From positions 1,568,001-1,632,000 of the forward strand of contig CAXXMB010000002.1 of assembly GCA_963668675.2 (NCBI GenBank): a stretch of 64,000 bases of DNA, read 5' to 3'. This stretch comes from an uncultured Desulfatitalea sp. Lineage in GTDB: Bacteria > Desulfobacterota > Desulfobacteria > Desulfobacterales > Desulfosarcinaceae. Made by a program: the position numbers and the translations under genes. The notes below the pieces were generated by a model that worked only from the letters and a program-made list of their open reading frames with translations, did no database searches and was not told where the DNA came from. Shown piece after piece: positions 9,924-19,437 of the stretch (the first letter of the stretch is position 1; each line of letters begins with the position of its first letter).

Positions 9924-10628
9924 TTAAAGGCCGGGGGTGAAGTTCTCCGGCAAGGTCTCTTCACCGCCGATCAACGCCTCGAGTTTATAGACATATTTAA
10001 CCCAGCGATCGCCGTACTCGTCATCGGCCACCAGGCGCAGCGGGTAGCCGTGCTTGACCGGCAGCGGCTCTCCATTGACCTCATAGCAGAGAAACAGCTT
10101 TCCGCTGCGCACATCGTCCATGGTGAAGATGCGGCGATGGGCCTCATCGCCCTCGGGCCCCTCCACGGCCAGATGGGTCGCCTCCAAGGAGAGGCCCGCC
10201 CTCTCCAGCAGCGGCCAGATGGCGACGCCTTTCCAGCGCCCCTGATTGACAAAGGTCAACGGGCAGATCAGCGGCACCTTGCGCTCGACCGCCGGCTGTC
10301 GCAACAGCTCGTCATAACTCAAACGCAGCGGATTGCTCACGACACCAACGATGTTCAGGCGCCATCGATCCATATCGGCCCGATAGTCGTCGGTGCCGAT
10401 CACCTCGAACGCATTTAACGGCGTCAATGGGATGTTGCGCGCATCGATCAGGGAGGGGGTCATGTTGGCCAGCGCTTCCCGAGACGTACCAGCCGGAAGC
10501 AGTTTGCGTTTGACGGCGGCCCAGGCGTTGCCCAAAGCGAGGCCGAACCCGCCGGTCGCGGCAGCAACCCATGCCCCACAGGTGCTCAGATAACGAATAA
10601 AATTTCTTCGTGTAAGGCGGGATGGCAT
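9924..10628 (-). CDS. Tat-exported molybdopterin-dependent oxidoreductase (sulfite oxidase/MsrP-like Mo domain)
   Basis: TRRNF twin-arginine signal, LIC Mo-ligand Cys, WKGV, NGEPLPVKHGYPLRLV and WVKY motifs. Confidence 0.85.
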   Translation of the reverse strand: MPSRLTRRNFIRYLSTCGAWVAAATGGFGLALGNAWAAVKRKLLPAGTSREALANMTPSLIDARNIPLTPLNAFEVIGTDDYRADMDRWRLNIVGVVSNPLRLSYDELLRQPAVERKVPLICPLTFVNQGRWKGVAIWPLLERAGLSLEATHLAVEGPEGDEAHRRIFTMDDVRSGKLFLCYEVNGEPLPVKHGYPLRLVADDEYGDRWVKYVYKLEALIGGEETLPENFTPGL

Positions 10629-10659
10629 TGTCCCCCCTGGAAGCCAGACAAACCAGAAT

Positions 10660-10734
10660 GTAGGGACGGGGTTTATCCCCGCCCGCATGTATTGCATAAT
10701 CCGTTCAATGGGCGGGGATAAAACCCGCCCCTAC
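10660..10734. repeat. GTAG-family REP doublet (inverted)
   Basis: gtagggacggggtttatccccgccc ... gggcggggataaaacccgcccctac. Confidence 0.85.
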
Positions 10735-10775
10735 GAAACTATTCTTTCAATTCATTTTAGCAGTACTTCATCAGC

Positions 10776-11411
10776 CTAAAATTTATAGGGCAACTTCTTG
10801 AGTATCACCACACGCCCCTTCACTTTGCGGACATATCCGCCGCTGACCAGCTCGTTGAAGATGCGCGACACTGTCTCCCGGGACGACCCCACCATATCGG
10901 CCAGCTCCTGCTGGGTGAACTTCTCGCGAATCACCCCATCCTCATCCTGGTTTTCGATCAGGATGCGCGCCAGCCGCCCATAGACATCCAGAAAGGCCAG
11001 CGACTCGATCTGCTCAGTCGCCTTGCGCAGCTTGGCCAGCAGGGCATTGATCACGTTCCACAGGATGTCGGTGTGCCGTTCGACGAAGCGCAGGAAGTCG
11101 CTGCGGCCGATGATCATCGTCTCGCAGCGCTCCTTGGTCATCACCGTGGCGCAGCGCGCATTGCGGTCGAAAAAGCTCATCTCCCCGAAGTAGTCGTATG
11201 GCCCGAAGCGGTTCACTACGAACTGCCGCCCCGACTCGTCGGTGCGCAGGGCCACAGCCCGGCCGTTCAGAAGCACATAGAGGCTGTCCGAATCATCGCC
11301 CTCGCTGATCACCACGCTGTTCTTGGGGAATGTGTGGCGCCGGGCAATGGCGTGCAACTCTTCGAGTGCTTGATCGCTTAGATTTGAAAAAATGGTGACC
11401 CGATTTAACAC
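10776..11411 (-). CDS. Crp/Fnr family transcriptional regulator (cAMP-binding type)
   Basis: cNMP pocket FGEMS...RCATV and HTH TQQELADMVGSSRETVSR. Confidence 0.93.
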   Translation of the reverse strand: MLNRVTIFSNLSDQALEELHAIARRHTFPKNSVVISEGDDSDSLYVLLNGRAVALRTDESGRQFVVNRFGPYDYFGEMSFFDRNARCATVMTKERCETMIIGRSDFLRFVERHTDILWNVINALLAKLRKATEQIESLAFLDVYGRLARILIENQDEDGVIREKFTQQELADMVGSSRETVSRIFNELVSGGYVRKVKGRVVILKKLPYKF

Positions 11412-11464
11412 TCGCGAATCCTCTTTAAACAGTTTGGGCTTGATTGGTACAATTCAAAACTTTA

Positions 11465-11983
11465 CTAATCACACCTTCTCTGCTCAAGAAGATCCCAACA
11501 AATCATATAACCATCCACTTGTATTAGAATCTGATAAGGGCTGCCATGAGTAAATATGGTGGTCATTTGGTTTGTATTGGTAATGGTGTGAGCATTCATT
11601 TTGATACATCCCTCTTCCAATTGGGTCCCACTGACTTTACACCAATGACTCATATCCTTGCCACCATTTTTAGGATCAAATCCAATCTCATTTCCATTTA
11701 CATCAACAACATACATTGTACCTTTTTCACCAACTAATGTTATAAACTTAATGTTCTCTCTTTTGATGAACCCCTCAAGTGCTTTCAAATTTAACGGGCC
11801 ATATTTTGCTTGCCATCCAACATTGAGTCCAACTGCTGGCGTTGAATGAATCATTTTTTCAGTCGCTTTGACTTGTTTAGATTCGGTTCCAAAACCCGAA
11901 CATACCGTGAGAAAAAGAACGACCATAACGCTTAAAGCAATATTAACAAACAAGAAACCCAAGCTACGTTTACGCTTAAACAT
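11465..11983 (-). CDS. Hypothetical exported protein (AT-rich gene, Cys-containing)
   Basis: AAAGGAG RBS, N-terminal hydrophobic signal, co-oriented between the barrel gene and crp. Confidence 0.7.
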   Translation of the reverse strand: MFKRKRSLGFLFVNIALSVMVVLFLTVCSGFGTESKQVKATEKMIHSTPAVGLNVGWQAKYGPLNLKALEGFIKRENIKFITLVGEKGTMYVVDVNGNEIGFDPKNGGKDMSHWCKVSGTQLEEGCIKMNAHTITNTNQMTTIFTHGSPYQILIQVDGYMICWDLLEQRRCD

Positions 11984-12045
11984 GATCAAATCTCCTTTTC
12001 AACATGTCGTTCAATCCAAGAGACTGCAAAAACAAAATTTGCAGC

Positions 12046-15000
12046 TTAAAACGAAAACGAAAATCGCACTATAAACGTTCGTTCCGGGAGAAAATATGGG
12101 ACGGCGACCCTATCCGGAGTGCGATCATCATACCCCTTATAGCTAAATTCTTGATCAAATATATTTCGAACTTCAGCACTAAGCAAACCGTGGCGACTTG
12201 GCAACCGGTAACCAAACGCTGCATCTAGTGTTACAAATTCATCCCTTTCTGAATTACCGTTACTATCATAAAGAGTAACTTTTTGGTTTACATATGTTGA
12301 GATCAACTTCCAAAAAACACCTGAAGAATGAAAGTAGCTAATTTTTAAAGGTGCCAAATGCGTGAGCGTTTCTAAAGGCGCAAAGCCTAAGTATGCTGGA
12401 CTAGGCTGGCGTTCAAAATCTTCATAACTATAATCCAAATTTACAGCAATAACTTTGGATGGTGTCCAGGATAAAAAGCCTCGGTAAATATTCTCTTCCC
12501 AATCTTCTTCTCTATCACTTCCAGCCCCTCCGATTGAAAAGTCTATATCCCGCCTGAAATATTCAACACCGCCAGAAAGTGTCTCAAAAAACTTATGATC
12601 AACAGCAATTCCATAATCAATAGATTCGGCCCCATTGTAGTCGTCAAAAAATTGATTAAAACCTGCGACTTGAGTCGGCTCTAACGTCTGGTCTGCAATA
12701 ACCGATCTTTTCAATACCTTAAATGCCGCTAAACGTAATGTTGTACTTGCTAACATCTTCCATCTCAAACCAAATTTCGGATTTATGGAGTCCTTATCTT
12801 CCAATTGATCATCATCCATCGAGTCATAACTAAGGCCAATTGTCAGAATTACATTTTTTATAAAATCAATATTTGAATATATGTATCCATTTGCATAACT
12901 ATTATCAAAATCCTCCGGTACTGTCGTAGTACTTCCAAATACAGTTGTCGTAATTGAAGTGGTTGTATCAAAATCGTAATATCCGCCACCGACGATAAGA
13001 TCCCATGCTGGGCTTACAAATAGATATTGAACTTCTCCCATCCAACCATCTTCCTCAAGCCCGACCTCCGTCGGCACATCAAAAGGAATCCCAAAAATTT
13101 CTTCAACAATCGTATAAGCTTCATTTTCGTTCTTTTCCTGAAGCATAAACGAGGCCAAAATAGTAGATTGCCTTTGGGGCTTGATATTCAATCCAGCCCT
13201 GAAGGTTTTGACTATCGAGTCGTGTCGGAACGTCGTGTCGGGTGATTCCAGATCGAAATCGTAACTCAGATCTCCGTGTTCAATATCGCGATAGCGGTAC
13301 TCCGCCTGCAGATTGACTGTAGGCGTCAAGGCAGCCTGTACAAATCCGTTATAAATGGATTGCTCTATATCGTTGTTTTCTCTGAATCCGTCAGTTTTGT
13401 AGTGAAATTGCCCCACGCTGTAGGAAAATAGGTTCAAAATTCCAGATAGGGTTAACTCATCGCCCGAGGTAGTGTTACTCCCCACAACACCATCGACGAG
13501 CAGTGATGTGCGATCTGCAGTAAAAAGAGAGTGGTAGTTGCCATACGAAAGTGAACCCGGTGCTGCACCTTGCTGGATGAGAAGATTCGATTCCGCCAAC
13601 TGCGGTTGAACGGGTGCAATGTTAATGGGCTGCAGCAATTGGGACTGTAGTAGTTCACTTACCCTGGCGATCTCATGACGCGGGCGGGAACCGTATACAT
13701 CAGACAGCAAACGGTGGGCCGAATAGCTGGATGGATCAACCGCCAGAGACGCGTACCCCTGGCGGATGGCCTTTTCCTGAAATCCGAGATCGTTGTAGAT
13801 CCGTCCAAGACTTGCTCCACGAGCCGCGAGATCCTGGTCCAGCAGAAACCTGGAACGGTAGACAGCGCGGTTGTCGTTCAGATCGATCGACTTTTCCAAA
13901 TCCTGCATGGCTTCAACCGGTCGGTTGATCGTTTGCTTGCGGATAGCGTCATAAAACCAAGGGGTGGGGTCGTTGGGATCTAGCTGCTTGGCCATTTCGA
14001 ACTGGCGCTCGTCCAGGAGGTCGCGCTTCTCGTCGAAGTAGGCCTTGCCCAGGTAGCTGCGGATCAGGGCGTTGTCCGGGTCGAGGCCGGCGGCGATCTC
14101 GATGTCGGCCCGCCCGGCCTTTAGATCACCGTCCCTGATCTTGGCCAACCCCGACCCCAGGCGCGGCAGGGGCGCGGCGCTGTCCAGTTTGATGGCCCGG
14201 TCGAACGCCTCCAGGGCCTCGTCGGTCTTGATGCGGGATAGATAGGCGTAGCCGAGCACGGTCTGCACGTGGGCCAGATCCGGCGACAGGGCGGCGGCTT
14301 TGTTGGCGGCCCGCAGGGCGCCTTTGGTGTCGGCCAGGGAGAGGCGCAGTTCGGCGAGCCGGGCCCAGGCCAAGCTGTTCTGCGTATCGAGCTGGGTGGC
14401 CATCTGGGCGGCGTCAGTCGCGGATTCGATGTCGAAGTGGGCCTGGAGGGCGTAGGAGAAGGCGATGCGGGCGGCGGTGGATTGGCCGTCCATCTCGACA
14501 GCGGCCTGGGCATCCTGCAGGGCGTCCGCCTTGCGGTTCTGCACGACCGCCATGATCGACCGCAGGGCCATGGCCGGGCTGTTCTTGTCATCGAGGGCGA
14601 GGGCCTGTTCGATATCTTTCGCTGCACCGTCAACGCGCCCCACGGAGAGATTCGAGGCGGCCCGATTGACGTAGAACCCGGCGTCGCCCTTCTGTTGGGG
14701 AGCATCTTCCGGCCGCACGGCCAGGACCGGCGGGTAGTACAAGGCCCACTGCACGGCGTCGCGTGGTCGTACGATGGTCTCCAACCGGGGCGCCCGATCT
14801 TCGTCGGCGACTGCGGCCTGGCCCTTGGCCAGGGTCAGATCGCCCTGGCGGTTTTCGGCCAGCACGGCGCCTTCATAGAGAATGATGGTGGTGCGGTCCG
14901 CATCGACTTTAACGTAAAACTCCGTGCCCTCGACAACACCGTTGACGAAGGGCGTCACCACCTTGAGGCTGCGGGCCTTGCGGCTGAAGAAGAAGGCGGC

Positions 15001-15348
15001 CCCTTCGAGCAGCTCCATGAGGAAGGTCTTCTCCTTTTCGATGCCGGTGAATACCAGGGTGGTGTACTGATCCACACGCAACACCGATTCGTTGCTCAGC
15101 ACGACGGCAGCCCGGCTGTTGGCGGCCACGCGAAAAGCGTCGCCCGGGAAAAAAGTCTCCTCCTGCCCAACCGATTGCCAATCACTCTCTCCGGCACGCT
15201 TGACGAACGCCTGCCCCTGAACCGAGACCAGCCGGCTCACCCAGGCGGCAACGCTCTCTTCGGCTTCGGTATTTTGGGGCAAGGGAAATACGGCACTTAC
15301 TAAAAGGCAGACAAGAAACGCCGCCAACGTGCAAGGGGTGTATCTCAT
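12046..15348 (-). CDS. FecR domain + TPR repeats + TonB-dependent-receptor-like beta-barrel outer membrane protein
   Basis: Signal peptide, FecR motifs (VVTP..VVEGTEFYV), many TPRs, C-terminal barrel ending FSFSF; AGGAGG RBS. Confidence 0.88.
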   Translation of the reverse strand: MRYTPCTLAAFLVCLLVSAVFPLPQNTEAEESVAAWVSRLVSVQGQAFVKRAGESDWQSVGQEETFFPGDAFRVAANSRAAVVLSNESVLRVDQYTTLVFTGIEKEKTFLMELLEGAAFFFSRKARSLKVVTPFVNGVVEGTEFYVKVDADRTTIILYEGAVLAENRQGDLTLAKGQAAVADEDRAPRLETIVRPRDAVQWALYYPPVLAVRPEDAPQQKGDAGFYVNRAASNLSVGRVDGAAKDIEQALALDDKNSPAMALRSIMAVVQNRKADALQDAQAAVEMDGQSTAARIAFSYALQAHFDIESATDAAQMATQLDTQNSLAWARLAELRLSLADTKGALRAANKAAALSPDLAHVQTVLGYAYLSRIKTDEALEAFDRAIKLDSAAPLPRLGSGLAKIRDGDLKAGRADIEIAAGLDPDNALIRSYLGKAYFDEKRDLLDERQFEMAKQLDPNDPTPWFYDAIRKQTINRPVEAMQDLEKSIDLNDNRAVYRSRFLLDQDLAARGASLGRIYNDLGFQEKAIRQGYASLAVDPSSYSAHRLLSDVYGSRPRHEIARVSELLQSQLLQPINIAPVQPQLAESNLLIQQGAAPGSLSYGNYHSLFTADRTSLLVDGVVGSNTTSGDELTLSGILNLFSYSVGQFHYKTDGFRENNDIEQSIYNGFVQAALTPTVNLQAEYRYRDIEHGDLSYDFDLESPDTTFRHDSIVKTFRAGLNIKPQRQSTILASFMLQEKNENEAYTIVEEIFGIPFDVPTEVGLEEDGWMGEVQYLFVSPAWDLIVGGGYYDFDTTTSITTTVFGSTTTVPEDFDNSYANGYIYSNIDFIKNVILTIGLSYDSMDDDQLEDKDSINPKFGLRWKMLASTTLRLAAFKVLKRSVIADQTLEPTQVAGFNQFFDDYNGAESIDYGIAVDHKFFETLSGGVEYFRRDIDFSIGGAGSDREEDWEENIYRGFLSWTPSKVIAVNLDYSYEDFERQPSPAYLGFAPLETLTHLAPLKISYFHSSGVFWKLISTYVNQKVTLYDSNGNSERDEFVTLDAAFGYRLPSRHGLLSAEVRNIFDQEFSYKGYDDRTPDRVAVPYFLPERTFIVRFSFSF

Positions 15349-15514
15349 GGTTTGCCTCCTTGAGCTATCGGCAGCCATTTCGCCCGCCGGTTCTCAATGC
15401 AGCTTTTATGGCATCATCAGCTCAAGCAAAATCTCAGCTGATTTACGGATCAGGTCTTGCGGAAAGTACCTTCTCATAACACATCACCCCATGAAGGGCA
15501 CCCATAAAAATGAT

Positions 15515-17761
15515 TCACTTGCGATGGAGACGGACAGTGCCGTCCCAATCGCTGCCCGGCGGTGTCTGCCGGTAGCGGTGGCATAGCCTGAGATAGAATG
15601 CCGATGGCCCGTCGCCGCCATTGCGGCCGCAGGCTTTTTCGAACGCGTCGCCGGCTCTGTCCCAGGCCTGCTGCTCGAAGGCCTGCAAACCTTCCCCAAA
15701 ATGGCGCCAGGTCAACGTGCGCTGACGCTCATCAGCCTCATCATGTGGGGCCAGTTCATACACCTTCACCGGTCGGGTCTTGCCCTTGAAGACAAAGCGC
15801 CCCACGAAACGGTTGTTCATCCTCTCCATTTCTCCTACCACCGCATCGGATGTCAGGATGCGCGTGCCCAGGTATTTGTTCAGCCCCTCCAGGCGCGAGG
15901 CAGTGTTGACGATATCCCCGACCGGTCGATATTCAAAATGGTCCATGGCGCCAATGTTGCCCAGCACCACATCACCGGCGTGCATGCCGATCCGTGTGGG
16001 CAACGGCGGGTTGTCATCGTCTTGATTGAAACGCTCGACCGCTTCTGCTACAGCCAGGGCGGCTTTGCAGGCTTTGGATTTAAGGGCAGGGTCGGGACGG
16101 GAGGCGGTCCAGAGGGAGAGCACCGAATCACCGATCACCTGCAGCACCACCCCCCCGTTGTCTCTAATGGGTTTGAAGATCGCTTCGTAATAGCGATTCA
16201 TCAAGGCCGTCAGGCTCTCGGGGTCCATGGATTCGGAAAGATTGGTATACTTCTCCGCATCGGTAAAGAGGCAGATGCTGTAGACCGCCTGCCGCTCCTC
16301 ATGGATCGCATCGATGTTGCGGGCCAACTGGTCGACCACCTGATTGGGCAGGTAGTAGCCGAAGGCTTGGCGAATCGTCCGGCGCTCGCGACTGACCGTG
16401 CGATACTTCCAAACCAGGGTGGTGAAGAAACCGGCCGGCCACATGAAGAAGAGCGGTATCACGACAGGGAACCAGGCGCCAGCCATCTTGAAACGCATCA
16501 GGGCGCCGAAAAGATAGACGATCGAAAGAAAGAACCCGGCGGCCGCTGCAGCCCCCGCCGGGAGTTGATAGCTGACCAGTGCCACGGCAATGCCCCACAT
16601 AAAAACGATGGCCATCTGGTCGGGGACGCCCAGCGGCTCGACCCGCTTGCCCTCTATCAGGTTGGCAAAGGCAGTGGCGGCGATCTCCACGCCGCTGATG
16701 TCTACTGCCCCCTCGCGGGCGTAAACGGTGAAGAAACCATCTTTTGCTTTGGGCCAATAGCTCTCGGTCTGACCCACGAAGACCGCCTTGCCCTGTAGGT
16801 CCAGCGGTCGATCGGCGCCGGTCTTGTCCGAGATCATGCGGAAGTATGGGACGGTCCGGATGGTGCCGGCTGGGCCGTAGAAGTTCAGGTAGTGGTTGTT
16901 GTCCGATTGATTGAGCCAGATGAGAGACGCCATGCGCCGGGTCATCTCCCCGGGGTTATCTGCATCTCCGGATTGCTGCAACACGTGCATTGCCATCGGA
17001 CCCAGTTGCGCTTCACTCTGAAAAAGATCGCGCATGGCGCGGATGGCCAGCACCAGATCCGCCTGGGAAGCGTCCGACGGCAGGAGCCCGCTATGGCGCT
17101 TGGCTTCGGTGCGGACCTGGCTCACCAGGGTGGAGAGGGCATAAAAAGCGTCCGAGGAGAAGGCGCAAAAAGCCACTACCGGCAGGGTGGGTACGTCGCC
17201 GCTGCCCGGCTTGAAAGTCCAGTAGCGGCTCAACTTGACCGGCACCCGCGGCACCGGAAAGGGCGCCTGGGCGAGGGCGGCATCGGCCAGGGGTTGGATG
17301 GGCGGCACCATCTTTTCGATGCTGACATTGGCGGTCGTGGCGCCCTGGGGATCGGCCACCTTGATGGTTTCGTCGACGATGGACTGGGCCAGAATCACAT
17401 TTCCGGCCCGCGCCATGGCCTGCTCCAAGGCTGCATCGGTTTCGGGTGTCTGGGGTTCGTTGAAGATCAGATCGAAGACAATCATCGCCGCCCCGGCATC
17501 GTGCAAGCGATTGATGAGCCGGGCGTGAACGGTGCGGGGCCAGTTGCGCGGCTCCATGGGAAGGTCGAGCTGTTTGGAGGATTGGCGATCGAGCGCCACG
17601 ACGACCACATCTTCGGGCGGCGGCTGCGCCCCGCGCAGCTGAAAGAGCAGATGCAGTCCGAGCCCCTCTTCCAGCGCGTAACCATAAGGCGACAGCGTAG
17701 CAACGACCCCGATCAGGCCCAGTATCAGACCGAATATCCAAGCCTTTCGAGAAGGGATCAT
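15515..17761 (-). CDS. CHASE2-domain class III adenylate/guanylate cyclase
   Basis: CHASE2 (WPRTVHARLI..L..AGA..IVFD), three TMs, cyclase motifs LFTD, IGDSV, RIGMHAG and GDIVNTASRLEG. Confidence 0.93.
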   Translation of the reverse strand: MIPSRKAWIFGLILGLIGVVATLSPYGYALEEGLGLHLLFQLRGAQPPPEDVVVVALDRQSSKQLDLPMEPRNWPRTVHARLINRLHDAGAAMIVFDLIFNEPQTPETDAALEQAMARAGNVILAQSIVDETIKVADPQGATTANVSIEKMVPPIQPLADAALAQAPFPVPRVPVKLSRYWTFKPGSGDVPTLPVVAFCAFSSDAFYALSTLVSQVRTEAKRHSGLLPSDASQADLVLAIRAMRDLFQSEAQLGPMAMHVLQQSGDADNPGEMTRRMASLIWLNQSDNNHYLNFYGPAGTIRTVPYFRMISDKTGADRPLDLQGKAVFVGQTESYWPKAKDGFFTVYAREGAVDISGVEIAATAFANLIEGKRVEPLGVPDQMAIVFMWGIAVALVSYQLPAGAAAAAGFFLSIVYLFGALMRFKMAGAWFPVVIPLFFMWPAGFFTTLVWKYRTVSRERRTIRQAFGYYLPNQVVDQLARNIDAIHEERQAVYSICLFTDAEKYTNLSESMDPESLTALMNRYYEAIFKPIRDNGGVVLQVIGDSVLSLWTASRPDPALKSKACKAALAVAEAVERFNQDDDNPPLPTRIGMHAGDVVLGNIGAMDHFEYRPVGDIVNTASRLEGLNKYLGTRILTSDAVVGEMERMNNRFVGRFVFKGKTRPVKVYELAPHDEADERQRTLTWRHFGEGLQAFEQQAWDRAGDAFEKACGRNGGDGPSAFYLRLCHRYRQTPPGSDWDGTVRLHRK

Positions 17762-18186
17762 GGCCTCTCCTTTCAGGACCGGGCCCGTTGCTGCCATCTT
17801 CAACGAGATGCCGGCGGCCGTTCGCATGGCAAAGCCGGCCGGGGGTTCCGAAAAGGAGTCTTCCGCTCCAGGCAACGAACCGCGAGACGCCGTCATCCGC
17901 TATCGGTGGGGAGAATGAAGCACGTTACAGAAGATGCATCAAGTCGAAAGAAGCCCTCTTGCTGTCCGTCCGCTTCGGCAACTCGACTTGACATCTCAAC
18001 TAAATCAGAGTAGCGATTCCTTTGTCAATACCAGAATTTAGGCGAATTCAGACCACCAGCAACCGATCCGCCAGGCGTCGTCTTCCCCGGACCCGCATCA
18101 GCATATCGACGGGGGGCCTGCTGAAACGGCGATCCTTGGTCTCTGGATTCTCTTGGCTCCCACCTTCGGAAGTAAAGGATTCAGCT

Positions 18187-18915
18187 ATGCGCCATCAATT
18201 GCTGAAGCATCTTCTCGCCTGGCTGTTCATCGGTTTCACGGCCACGGCCTTAGCATGGGCCGACGAAGCGCCCACCGGCGAACCCCGGGAACGGGTCGTG
18301 TTCAAACGGGCGGCCGTGGCATCCTTCCTCGAAGGCCGCCGCAGGCCAGCCGTCGATGAAGCCATGGACGAGACCCTGAGCTGCCCCATCGGAGAGATCT
18401 GTCTGGCCGACCCCTCCATCTCTTCCCACGCCGGCATCACCCTCACCCGCCTGGTGGACCAGGAGCTGCGGGGCCGCTTCGGCAAACAGATCGTCCCAAG
18501 GGAACAGGTGAAGAACACCGAGATGGAAATCAAGCTCAATCTCGAAAAGGACACCCCGCGAACGCTGGCCGAAACCATGGGCAACATACTTGAAGTGGAC
18601 GTGATCGTCATCGGCACGGTTTGGCGCTATCGGGACCGCGGTGAGATGCTGGGGGTGCCGGACAGCAAGGCCTCGGTGGCCTTTGCCGTCTATCTGATCG
18701 ATGTGGAGAACGGCCGCAAGCTCTGGCGGGGGTTGTACGATGCGACCCAGCAGGCCGTTACGCAAGATTTGCTGCAGGCCGGCAAACAGATCAGAATGGG
18801 GCTCAAGTGGCTGTCGGCCGATGAACTGGCCGCCCACGGGGTTAAAGAGATCTTCAAGGAGTTCCCGTCCAACTTGCTGCCCGGCGACTTTTCAGGTGTC
18901 CGGCAGCAGCAATAA
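18187..18915 (+). CDS. Exported hypothetical protein (CsgG/TolB-N-like fold likely)
   Basis: Signal peptide ending ALA-WA, VDVIVIGTV...ASVAFAVYLIDVENGRKLWRG. Confidence 0.7.
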   Translation: MRHQLLKHLLAWLFIGFTATALAWADEAPTGEPRERVVFKRAAVASFLEGRRRPAVDEAMDETLSCPIGEICLADPSISSHAGITLTRLVDQELRGRFGKQIVPREQVKNTEMEIKLNLEKDTPRTLAETMGNILEVDVIVIGTVWRYRDRGEMLGVPDSKASVAFAVYLIDVENGRKLWRGLYDATQQAVTQDLLQAGKQIRMGLKWLSADELAAHGVKEIFKEFPSNLLPGDFSGVRQQQ

Positions 18916-18924
18916 TAGGAGCAA

Positions 18925-19296
18925 GTGATGAGATCAATCATCTACGCGCTGTTGCTGGCCGTTTTAGTTTCCACTCCTGCATGGGCCGGAAAGGCCGACG
19001 TGCTGGGTGTAGAAGTGCAACAGAGCGGTAACGACGCCTTCTCGTTCAGCGTCACCGTCCGCCATGCCGACGAGGGATGGGACCACTATGCCGACCGATG
19101 GGAGGTCATCGCTCCGGATGGAAAAGTATTGGGGACCCGCGTACTGGCGCATCCCCACGTAGACGAACAGCCCTTCACCCGATCCCTCAGAGGGGTTGCC
19201 ATTCCAGCGGAAATCCGGGAGGTCACCGTCCGGGCCGGGGATTCGAAACATGGCTGGGGCGGGAAAACCATGACCGTCAGCCTGCCGGGGCGCTGA
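18925..19296 (+). CDS. Conserved exported hypothetical protein with His motifs
   Basis: Signal peptide, HADEGWDHYADRWEV and LAHPHVDEQPFTRS; AGGAG RBS. Confidence 0.8.
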   Translation: MMRSIIYALLLAVLVSTPAWAGKADVLGVEVQQSGNDAFSFSVTVRHADEGWDHYADRWEVIAPDGKVLGTRVLAHPHVDEQPFTRSLRGVAIPAEIREVTVRAGDSKHGWGGKTMTVSLPGR

Positions 19297-19302
19297 GCCA
19301 CA

Positions 19303-19403
19303 TCTTCCATTTTCCAAAGGGGGGCCAGGGGGAATTTTCATCGATTTACGGACAGACCACGAACAGATAGTCCCCCATATCCCCCTCTGGGAAAGGGGGA
19401 CTT
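19303..19403. repeat. Second inverted pair of CCCCC-TTT-AAAGGGGG REP-like palindromes (degenerate)
   Basis: ttttccaaaggggggccaggggg ... tcccccatatccccctctgggaaagggggactt; same family as 9316-9440 and also between convergent genes. Confidence 0.75.
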
Positions 19404-19437
19404 TTCGCTTCGTGTCACTTCTCTGCTGTAAAATAGC

